Assembly (NCBI RefSeq): GCF_006345805.1
Contig: NC_043008.1
Coordinates: forward strand, 14,818,001-14,882,000
Source: Octopus sinensis
Taxonomy: Eukaryota
DNA length: 64,000 nt
Reading direction: 5' to 3'
Below, piece after piece: positions 52,083 through 64,000 of this stretch. A program made the position numbers and the translations under genes. How positions within the stretch are numbered: position 1 is the stretch's first letter; the number at the start of each line of letters is the position of its first letter. The notes below the pieces were generated by a model that ran no database searches, was not told the DNA's origin, and saw nothing but the letters and a program-made list of their open reading frames with translations.

Positions 52083-52964
52083 ATGTATATATACCTCAGT
52101 GAAGAACCACACAACACACTCAAGGCCTATCTACTCGAATGGAAATCTCTACCTTTACATAAAACAGAATTGGTCCTACAAAACAAATACCTGTGGATCA
52201 ACTTTGAGCAGACTAAGACAAAGAACACCTGACCAAGATGTCACACCTTTTTGTATTGACCAATAATCCGCAAAACCATAGTATTATTAACATCACTAAA
52301 ACAGATTTTCCTTCTGTTAGACAATGTAATGGATTAACGGATTTAAGCACCCATCAAGTGCTTCTTCAAAGCAAACAACAACTGAAGAATTTCCAGTTGA
52401 CAGTGACAAAGATTGCCGACAATGGCAAGGGTGGTTAAGACCTCATAGCATTTAAGTGTAAAAGACAAGCATTGTGGTATATGTCTGTTTATTTGCACTG
52501 GTTATTATTATCATCATCATCATCATCTCCCCTCCATACACACACACAAGCATGTATCTGACTCATGCATTGTTCGCTTTCCAGACATTTGTACATTACT
52601 GCATATACTTTGACAAGTTGTGGTGCACCTGAGCACTGTATACAATAATTTCATTATATTATATTATATTAATTATATTATATTATATATTTAGCATCTG
52701 TTGTCCATGCTGGTATGGGTTGGACAGTTTGACTGGGCTGGTACGCTGGAAGGCTGTGTGAAGCTCCAGTCTGATTTGGCATGGTTTTCTATGGCTGGAT
52801 GCTCTTCCTAATGCCAACAACTCCAAGAGTGTAATGGGTGCTTTTACATGCCACTGGCTTGGGTGCCATTTGCGTGACACCGGTATCTGCCATGACTGCG
52901 ATTTTGCTTGGTTTGATGGGTCTTCTTCTGAAGCAGGACATAATGCCAAATGTCTTGGTCATTG

Positions 52965-53190
52965 TCTCCGTGAGGCCCAACACTTGGAAGGAGCTTGGCC
53001 ACCTCACCTCTGTGAGGCCCACTTGAAAGGAACTCAGCCACCTTACGTCCAGGAGGCCCAACCCTAAAAAGGATCTCAGCCACTTTGCCTCCATGAGGCC
53101 CAATGCTCAGAAAGAACTCAGCCACTTTACCTCCATCAGGCCCATTGCTTGAAAGGAACTCAGCCACTATGCCTCCATGAGGCCCAGGCC
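52965..53190 (+). repeat. About 42-bp tandem repeat, 5.5 units
   Basis: (G/C)AGGCCC recurs at 52972, 53014, 53053, 53095, 53137, 53179. Confidence 0.85.
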
Positions 53191-54899
53191 CAGCAAACAA
53201 ATATTTACAAATGTGAATCATCATCATTTATCATCTGCTTTTCCATGCTTGCATGAGTCAGACAAAATTTGTTGAAGTGGATTTTCTATGGCTGGGTACC
53301 CTTCTTGTTACCACCCTTCACTCATTTCCACCCCGAGTATTATATCCTCACGTCCAGACCTGTTCTTCGCAGAAAACTGGAAATAAATGTCATACAATCT
53401 TGCTTATATGATGATGATGCTTCAGTTCACTCAGCTGTAGAAATGAGTTGCGACATCACTGGTACCAAGCTGAATCGGCCCCTTTGCCTTTCCCTTGGAT
53501 AACATCAGTGGCGTGGAGAGGGGAGCCAGGTATGCATGGCTGACTGCTGGCCTTCTATAAACAATCTTGCTTGGACTTGTGCATTACTCTCTCTCTCTTT
53601 TACTTGTTTCAGTCATTTGACTGTGGCCATGCTGGAGCACCGCCTTTAGTCGAGCAAATCGACCCCGGGACTTATTCTTTGTAAGCCCAGTACTTATTCT
53701 ATCGGTCTCTTTTGCCGAACCACTAAGTGACGGGGACGTAAACACACCAGCATCGGTTGTCAAGCGATGGTAGGGGGACAAACACAGACACACAATCACA
53801 CACACACATATACATATACATATATACATATATACGACAGGCTTCTTTCAGTTTCTGTCTACCAAATCCACTCACAAGGCATTGGTCGGCCCGGGGCTAT
53901 AGTAGAAGACACTTGCCCAAGATGCCATGCGGTGGGACTGAACCCGGAACCATGTGGTTGGTTAGCAAGCTACTTACCACACAGCCACTCCTGCGCCTAT
54001 ATTAGAGGGTAACTTTCTAGGTGCAATCCCATGGTCATTTATGACCGAAGGGGGTCTTTGCCTTTTACTTTTGTATATATATGAATGTATGTGTCTGTAT
54101 TTATATTACACACACAGGCTCACATGATCTTATGCTCACCACATACATATACACACACTGCTCCTTCCCCCATGTCCTCACACGTGCGCTCGTAGGCCCC
54201 AATTTAACCAGTCATTTCAACATATGAATCCTTTCATCCTGACACATTTTTTTCTCTCTCCCTGATTTTTTTTTCTCTCTCCCTGATTTTTTTTTCTCTC
54301 TCCCTGATTTTTTTTTCTCTCTCCCTCTCTCCATTTTTCCCCCCTCTCATTCCTCTTTGCTGAAGAGCATAGGTTTGAAACATCAAAGACTTTATTTTTC
54401 CCAAGTGACAAACTAATACATCTACTTGCTGTTCCTTCAGCCGTGTCTCTCTTCTGTTTCCTGTACATTTGGACCATATACAAACACACACATCTCTTGT
54501 GAGCTCTGGCTACAAATACTTATGAAACGATGTGTAGCTGAGCTGAACATTTCCTGCTGACAAATTGTCTGCTATTTTCTGTACTTCCAAATTTTCCTGG
54601 ATTAAAAAAAAAATTCCCTACTTGAGAAATAGGTTTAGGTTGGTAAAAGGAAGAGTATCCGGTTTGAAGAAATCCTGCCTTGAATTACTTTCCTTCTAAG
54701 TCATGTTACCATGGAAACTAGACATTAAGTGAACCATCATCATCGTCGTTTAACATCCGCTTTCCATGCTGGCGTGGGTTGGATGGTTTGACTGAGAACT
54801 GGCAAGCCGGGAGGCTACACCAGGCTCCAATCTGACTTGGTAAGGTTTCTACAGCTGGATGCCCTTCCTAACACCTACCACTCCGAGAGTGTAGTGGGT

Positions 54900-56000
<1,101 letters not shown>

Positions 56001-58713
56001 TTCATTACATTAATATTGTTTGTTATGTAAATAATAAATACAGTATATTTCTTGTATGGAAAAGAATTAAAAAAAAAAAACATAAATATAATAATTTTGT
56101 TCCGGAAAACAAAAAAAAAAAAATAAGTAAAAAAAAACAAACAAAAAAACACCATCAACAATGAATTTTGTGAATACTTAAAAGTCTTACTGCTGTCACT
56201 GCATCAAATATTGGCGCCACCATTCTTGCATTTAAACAGTATATTCTTTATCTATTATTCAGGAAATTTCATTTAGATTTACCTCCTTACCTTTCTCCGT
56301 CGCCTCACCAATCACTCATCTCACATCTCTGTCTTCCAAGTTTTGTTTAATAAACATTCCCCCCCCCACTGCCATCTTTTTACCAAAACTGGAATTCAGT
56401 TTTGATTTTTTTTTTTTTTTTAGGTTTTTTTCTTTCTGGAATGATACAGTTTTGATGCTTCTTCTCTCTTAAAGAAAAATAACGTTTTGGCAAAAAGAGA
56501 GAAGGAAAAAAAATTATTTTTGAAAAAAAATATTTATTTAAATCATATAAAAAAATTAAGAAAGTATCAGCTTATGTTTGCTTCCTTTGTCATATTGGTG
56601 TTGATAATAAACTAGCTCGTCAAAAGGCATTGCTGTTGTTTCAGTCAGCCTGGAGAACCTTTATTCTTAACCTCTTTGATGCCGACTTGCCGTAGCCCCA
56701 TCTCTGGTGTTTTCAGATGAAATTACCTATTTAGGAATATTCATATTTAAATTAAAATCTTATATTATAGATTTATGTAAGAAACTTTTTGTCAAGTTTT
56801 GTCAAGACACTGGCGCTTTGTAATTAAAAACGCGTACTATTTAAGTATGTTCTTTGAAATTCTTGATTATTTCGAAAATAAATGAAGTTCACTGTCAATG
56901 TGTTTCTTAAGAAATGCAGCCTCGAAAAGGTTAAAGTGACCTGTGGCACAAAGGCGACCAACAATGGAATCACTTGACTTGTTTTTCTTATGCTGGTCAT
57001 ACAGACGCAGGTGTGGCTGTGTGGTAAGAAGCTTGCTTACCAACCACATGGTTCTGGGTTCAATTAAATGATAGCAACAACAACAGCCGTGGAGGCGCAA
57101 TGGCCCAGTGGTTAGGGCAGAGGACGCGCAGTCGTAAGAACGCGGTTTCGATTCCCAGACCGGGTATTGTGAGTGTTTATTGAGCAAAAACACCTAAGCT
57201 TCACGAGGCTCCACTGGGGTGTTTGGTGTGTGAGCCCCGCTGTACTCTTTCACCACAAATTTCTCTCACTCTTTCTTCCTACTCCTGCCACAAAGCAGAG
57301 GAACCATGGTGTAACCCACTATGGTGTGGTAAACTTTCAGACCCTAGTCTAGATTGCGAATCTTCTGTACCCCAGGATGGTTCAGGCTCTCCACCCGTTA
57401 AAAGCCACTGTTTACGGAATGAGGATAACAACGTAGCTTTCGCGCCCGTGCAACCGCCAGTCTGTTGCATGTGGTGGGTGGATCTTCAAGTTGCCACACG
57501 CATTCTTAGTATCTTAGAGTAGGCTCGAATTAGAGATTATACTTTGTGGCTAATGGTGTGAGTCCTGATTGGAAGAAGAAGATGAAGTGAAGAAGAAGTG
57601 ATGAAGAAGAAGAAGTGATGAAGAAGAAGATGAAGAAGTGATGAAGAAGAAAAAGTGATGAAGAAGAAGAAGAAAGACAGACAGACCTTCTCTGTGGTCA
57701 TGCAACCTGCTAGAAATAGCAGCCTAATCAATCTCTCTTAAATCACATCTTACTACCAGTATAGAAAAAAAAAAAAGTAAAAGTAATGAAGTACACATTG
57801 TGTAGTGTAGTTCACTGCTGGAATGTCTATGATGGAAAGTCATCTTGACCCGATGTAGTGCAATTAGGACCGTTAATTTAGTAAGACTCATGTGAGGCAT
57901 CCAGCTAGGACATCGGCTCCATCACCAGTTACCCCGGGGCTAAGCAACTACAACAACAACAACAACAACAACAACAGCAACAACAATAGTGAGCTGCACA
58001 TCTACTGTTACCACTTATATGTTGCATCTGCGCACATGCAAGCGTACTTCTAATAATCCTGGGAAACGCACAGAATGTTGCAATCTATAATTTGTCTCTC
58101 CAACTAACTTTAACTCACGTTCACCCTCCTCTTCTCTCTCCCCTCATTCCCCCTCACCCCACAGCACCATTTTCTTTCATTCTTTTTTCTTCTCATTTTA
58201 TTTGAATAATGAAACATTATTATTACCATTATTATTATTATTATTTGACATTGTGTTTAGCACAAAAGAAGAAAAAAAAAAGGGAGAAAAAAAATACGAT
58301 AAAAAGAAACGACAAAACATCTTGCTTCTTTCTTAAACAAATTAATTAATATGGAAATAGCAAACTAATTAATAAGGTATGATGAACCGAATTAATAAAG
58401 AAGTGCCATCTGAAATCAACAATATTTCCAAAACACCTTCCTCCACAGATGACAGTCACACAAGGTTAGAGAGAGAGAAAGAAAAAAAGGAACAAGAACA
58501 GCAACTGTGAAGGTGTTTCTAAGTTCATTCTTCAAGTCAGAACAATAATTGATAAAAAAAAATGAACCAGCATCTCCCTTTTACCTGGACATCTGATTGG
58601 TTACCTGTCGATACGACCCCATCAGGCTCTCTCTCTCTCTAAGTAGTGACTTTTATTACACAGGCATAAGGATACAAAGTTAGAGATGATGATGATGATA
58701 ATAATCATAATAA

Positions 58714-58960
58714 TCTCTCTCTATATAAAACTGAAGTTGTCTGTGTGTATGGCAGGTTTGGTAGCCTTCAACTAACACTATCTCCTCCGAGACCCTGCGG
58801 CGCAAGTTGACCAAAATTGAGTGTATGATAGAAGAAGGCTTGCTCTTCCTTCCGTAGAAGAAAAAAATTCAAATCAGGCCATGTTAACACCTAAAATTAT
58901 TTACATCAAAAAGGTGCTTTTTTTTCTATGAAAATTCCTATTTTTTACTTTTTTTTTGAC
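58714..58960 (+). mobile_element. Helitron 5' portion, truncated by SINEs
   Basis: A|TCTCTCTCTATATAAAA start followed by a GTCTGTGTG motif like the 1102 element. Confidence 0.5.
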
Positions 58961-59390
58961 TGCTGAAATTTGATGGGGAGGAGCTAAGTTGATTACATTG
59001 ACCCTTGCTTTTAACTGGTATTTAATTTATTGACCCTGAAAGGATGAAAGGCAAAGCTGATCTTGGTGGAATTTGAACTCAGAACATAAAGATGGGTGAA
59101 ATACTGCTAAGCATTTTGCCCAGTGTAGCTCACTGCCTTGGACAACAACAACAACAATAATAATAATAATGATAATAATCTTTTCTACTAAAGGCACAAG
59201 GCCTGAAATTTTGCAGGAGGGGACTAGTTGATTACATTGATCTCAGTGCTTCACTGGTACTTAATTTATCGACCCCGAAAGGATGAAAGGCAAAGTTGAC
59301 CTCAGTGGAATTTGAACCCAGAATGTGAAGACAGAAGAAATGCTACTAAGCATTTTGCCCAATGTACTAATAATTCTGCCAGCTCACCAC

Positions 59391-59700
59391 ATAATAATAA
59401 TAATAATAATAATAAAATGCCCTGATGCAGTACCAGGCAGTAGATCTCGTAGTTTCTGATCTTAACTGATTGGAAGTGTTATCATGTACATTGTTTTGTC
59501 TTGGTATAAAAGATGGGCTACAGCAAATATTCTGCTCAATACCACAGATTTGCTTGTCAGTTGTTTGACCTTAACCAGTTGAGCATGTCCCTTAGTGGCT
59601 GACGATATGTGCATCTCAGATCACGAGCAGAAGTAGTGGGGGAGCATCATAGTCATGTGTCGAGAGGGATTCTTTGGAGTTTGAATGACTCACCTCTGGC
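59391..59700 (-). mobile_element. Probable CR1/L2-type LINE 3' end
   Basis: Non-coding element ending in an (ATT)n tail on the minus strand; clade is inference. Confidence 0.45.
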
Positions 59701-60133
59701 ATTTTGGCCATCTTTATGTTCTGAGTTCAAATTCTGCTGAGGTCAACTTTGCCTTTCATCTTTTCAAGGTCAGTATATTAAGTACCAGTTATCCACTGGG
59801 GTCAATGTAATCGTCTTAATCCCTTCTCCCCAAATTTGAAGCTTTGTCGAAAGGAATATTATTATTATTATTATTATCATTAAGGTGGTGAGATGGCAGA
59901 ATCGTTAGCACACCAGGCAAACTACCAAGCAGCATTTTGTCTGTCTTTATGTTCTGAGTTCAAACCCTGCTGAGGTCGACTTTGCCTTTTTATGCTTTCA
60001 GGGTCGATAAAATAAGTACCAGTTGAACACTGGGGGTTGATGCAATTGACTCATCCCCTTCCCCAAAATTACTGCCCTTGTGGCAAAAATTTGAAACCCT
60101 TATTATTATTATTGTTCTTATTATATTTTACAG

Positions 60134-60213
60134 ATGACCTTGTTACCAATTCAGACCTCTTCAGATCTCGTGCTGTCAATCTTCGACAAAGAATGTGGTG
60201 GCAGAATTGTTGG
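60134..60213 (+). CDS. VAMP4: VAMP4 exon 5 (DDLVTNSDLFRSRAVNLRQRMWWQNCW); transmembrane exon(s) not found in the window
   Basis: TTTACAG| acceptor, TGG|GTATGT donor; 80 nt; LR..MWW..C juxtamembrane motif of R-SNAREs. Confidence 0.95.
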
Positions 60214-60514
60214 GTATGTATAACACCTACATTATTTTGTGTTAACAATCTCTATGGGGAGTGGGGTGGTGGTGGTGGTGATGTATTTATGTTGAGAATG
60301 TCAATTATCACATTAATTCATTTTTGATTTAATTTAAATTTCTCTTTCATATTTCATATTTGTTCATATTTCTGTCTAACTTGTTGTTTTCGACTCCACT
60401 CCAATTACCACTGTTTTGCCACTCCACTTCTTACCACTACTGTTGGTACCTCTACATTTCTTTACAACCCCTTCTGTTGTCTCTATTGTTGTTTCCACTC
60501 TGTTTTTTTAAATT

Positions 60515-60945
60515 TTTTTATTATTAAGTAACACTCTCAGAGTGGTGGGCATTAGGAAGGGCATCCAGCTGTAGAAACTTTGCCAGATCAGATTGGAGCC
60601 TGGTGCAGCCTCCTGGCTTTCCAGACCTCACTCAAACTGTCTAACCCATGCCAGCATGGAAAGCGGACGTTAAACGATGATGATGATGATGACCGCTCTA
60701 ATACTACTATTGATACCACTCCAAAATTGGAGTGGTATCAATAGTAGTATTAGAGTGGTCCTCCTCCTCATCATCATCATCATCGTTTAATGTCTGTTTT
60801 CCATGCTGGCATGGGTTAGACAGTTTGAGTGAGGTCTGGAAAGCCAGAAGGCTGCACCAGGCTCCAATCTGATCTGGCAAAGTTTCTACAGCTGGATGCC
60901 CTTCCTAACGCCTACCACTCTGAGAGTATTACTTAATAATAAAAA
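60515..60945. repeat. 431-bp near-perfect palindrome (inverted duplication)
   Basis: Centre CCAA-AA-TTGG at 60721-60730; arms differ by 8 substitutions and one 9-nt indel. Confidence 0.95.
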
Positions 60946-61756
60946 GTACTGTTATAAAGAACAGAAGAGGATGGAAATGCTATAACTTGGTCTGCATTCA
61001 CAAGATCTGAAGGTCAAGAGCTGAAGGTCAACCTGTGCCGAGTGGCTTCAATGTGTGTACTTAAGAGCCGTTACCATAGCAACAATTGCAATAGTTTCTA
61101 ATCAGACCTTGTACGAGACAGTTTCTAAGTCATAAAAATGCGATCATTTCTGAAGTAAAGTGTATCAAACTATAAGATTTTATTTAAATTAAGAAAAACA
61201 ACCAAGAAAATAAAAAAAGAAAAAAAACACAAAATAAAAAAAAAATTTCGTTTTAGAAATTTCTTTTCATAGCCTCAGAATTATAATTAAACCGTTATAT
61301 AGTTTAACAAAATGTGGCTGGAATGTATAAACTCATCGTTGAGATAATAGTGTTAAAAATAATAAAATAAAGTAATTTAGATTCATAATTATAATTTATC
61401 TGAAGTATGTATGTTTTAAATAAACATATTTTAAATTGAAAGACCTCAAGATTTTCTTTGAAGAAATAAAAGCTTAAAATAGACAAGAAACTCTAAAATC
61501 TGAGGATTTTTATTGTGCTAAATTGACAGAAGCTTTAAAACTAAAGTAATTTTTACTGTCTTAGAATACCAAAAGAGTTTTAAAAAATTGAACTTCACCT
61601 GTTTTAATGTTAGAACGGTATTTATTGAAATACTGTGTAAGAGTGAGAATGTTGTGAAATGAAAAATTAAATTCACTGGCGGAATGCTTATGTATTGAAA
61701 GCCAAAACAAAAGCAAAAAAAAAGAAGAATGAGTATTGTTTTATAATGCTAAGTAA

Positions 61757-61787
<31 letters not shown>

Positions 61788-64000
61788 CGATGATGATGAT
61801 GATGATGATATATATATATATATATATATATTATATCAATTAGAGACAAAACCACTATTATGCAAATCAAACAAAGAAACCTTGTAAATTTGGATTTATT
61901 CCCTAATATTTATTATTATATATATATATATATATATATATAAGTAGTTGAATGAATTATCTAGTTATGGTTAACCGATACCTGGGTAGCAAATTCACAT
62001 CAGAGAAGACACGTTTGAAGTTACGTGCTTTCGTGTGGAAATTTGTATGTTTTTTTAAAAAATATAAATATATGAGAGAATGGAGTTTTGTTAATTTGTC
62101 GTTCAACTCCATTCTTTCATATATATATATATAATATATATATATATATATGTGTGTGTGTGTCTGTGTGTGTATATATATATGTGTGTGTGTGCGTGTG
62201 CATCTGTGTATATGTGTCTCTGTGTATGTCTGTCTTTACTATGTGTGTGTACTATATACATGTGTGTGTGTGTGTATGTATGTTTTTGTATATATGTGCA
62301 TATGTATGTGTGTGTGTATGTATGTATATATATATGTGTGTCATCATCATCGTTTAACGTCTGTTCTCCATGCTAGCATGGGTTGGACTATATATATATA
62401 TATATATATATACACGTGTGTGTGTGTGTCTGTATGTATACATGTGTATGTGTATATGTATATATGTATGTATCTGAATATGTATTTATATATGTGTTTG
62501 TGTATATATATGTGTGTGTGTATATATATATACCTATACATGTGTGTGTATGTATGTATATATGTATATATAATATATATGTGTGTGTGTTCGTGTATGT
62601 ATGTATAATTGAAAAATATACAATGACTTTTCCAAAACTAGTCTCATTTCTTCCATAAATTTCGCGGAGAAGGAAACAAGATTAGTTTTGTGAGAGTAAT
62701 TGATTCTGGAAAATAAAGACATCCACCTTGTATCTCATTCAATGAATAAAAAAAAGCCGGAAGCCACGAATAAACCATAATTATCCTTCACAACTGAGTA
62801 CGACATAGTAGTGTGTACCATGCTTTCACTCAGCATTTTAGGTGCTTGTTTAGTCACAAGCTGGTGTAGGTACATACTTTCCCCTTTGCTCCCACCGTTG
62901 ACTTAGGGAAATTTCCAAGAAGTATCTATCTCTATATATTTCTTTACTACCCACAAGGGGCTAAATACAGAGGGGACAAACAAGGACAGACAAATGGATT
63001 AAGTCGATTATATCGACCCCAGTGCATAACTGGTACTTAATTTATCGACCCCGAAAGGATGAAAGGCAAAGTCGACCTTGGCGGAATTTGAACTCAGAAT
63101 GTAGCGGCAGACGAAATACCTATTTCTTTACTACCCACAAGGGGCTAAACACAGAGGGGACAAACAAGGACAGACAAACGGATTAAGTTGATTACATCGA
63201 CCCCAGTGCATAACTGGTACTTAATTTATCGACCCCGAAAGGATGAAAGGCAAAGTCGACCTCGACAGAATTTGATCCCAGAACGTAACGGCAGACGAAA
63301 TACGGCTACGCATTTCACCCGGTGTGCTAACGTTTTTCAGCCAGCTCGCCGCCTTAAATTGGAGTAACCATATGTCTCCTCTACAGCATGACACCTGTTC
63401 CAGCCCCTCTATCATACTTTATCCTTTCCTTAACTAGCATAAACTCACCTCACTCAAGACTACACCCACCTCAGTTGAGTGGGGTCTTGTCTTGAAAGTT
63501 ACATGGTCACCTCACTAGTGCTGGTGCTACATAAAAAGCACCCAGTACATTATGAAGTGGTTGGTGTTAAGAAGGACATCCAGATATTGCAGCTTGGCAC
63601 AGTCCTCTGGCCTATCAGCTCTTGTAAAATCGTCTAACCCATGCCAGCATGGAAGATGGACATTAAACGGAAATGGCAATAAACACACAGTACACTCTGT
63701 AAATTGGTTGGCATTAGGAAGGGCATCCAGCTGTAGAAAACTATGCCAAAATATACACTGGAGTCTGGTGCAGTTCTTGGTGTTACAAGCTCCTGTCAAG
63801 ACGTCCAACCCATGCCAGCATGGAAAATGGGTGTTAAACGGCAATGACAACAAATGCACAGTACATTCTGTAAAGTGGTTGGCATCAGGAAGGGCATCCA
63901 GCTGTAGAAACTATGCCAAAATATACACTGGAGTCTGGTGCAGTTCTTGGTGTTACAAGCTCCTGTCAAGACGTCCAACCCATGCCAGCATGGAAAATGG

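Noticed and set aside
52095-52440. Unique stretch with short ORFs (66-85 aa)
   Set aside because: No frame stays open between credible splice sites on either strand, and no recognisable motif.
54705-54720. X-box-like GTTACCATGGAAAC
   Set aside because: Lies in a decayed family-C tail (CCATGCTAGCATGGAAA); likely a mutational coincidence.
60214-64000. Search for the VAMP4 transmembrane exon
   Set aside because: No phase-0 acceptor followed by a hydrophobic run was found; it presumably lies beyond the window.

Overview
AT-rich, repeat-dense metazoan genomic DNA; the SINE families resemble those I recognise from Octopus/coleoid cephalopod genomes (inference). Two spliced genes are transcribed divergently, and both were assembled by hand with GT-AG junctions and phases checked. 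RBM42 is complete on the minus strand (5 coding exons, ATG at 14113, stop at 1686; 1326 nt, 441 aa). VAMP4 is on the plus strand (5 coding exons, 20212-60213); its transmembrane exon(s) were not found and probably lie beyond the window. Most of the remaining sequence is tRNA-derived SINEs, RTE/CR1 LINE ends, mariner, Tc1/maT and Sola2-like fragments, piggyBac- and Merlin-like MITEs, Helitrons and micro/minisatellites; most ORFs in the supplied track are repeat artefacts. Best leads: (1) (TA)n-embedded foldback elements carrying minimal hammerhead ribozyme motifs, including a 331-bp palindrome with an intact core on the VAMP4 sense strand and a G5A-mutated core on the opposite arm; (2) a 431-bp inverted duplication just downstream of VAMP4 exon 5; (3) a duplicated, ungapped 61-bp nuclear-receptor-site plus RFX X-box module in two VAMP4 introns; (4) head-to-tail SINE multimers with the same junction at three loci.
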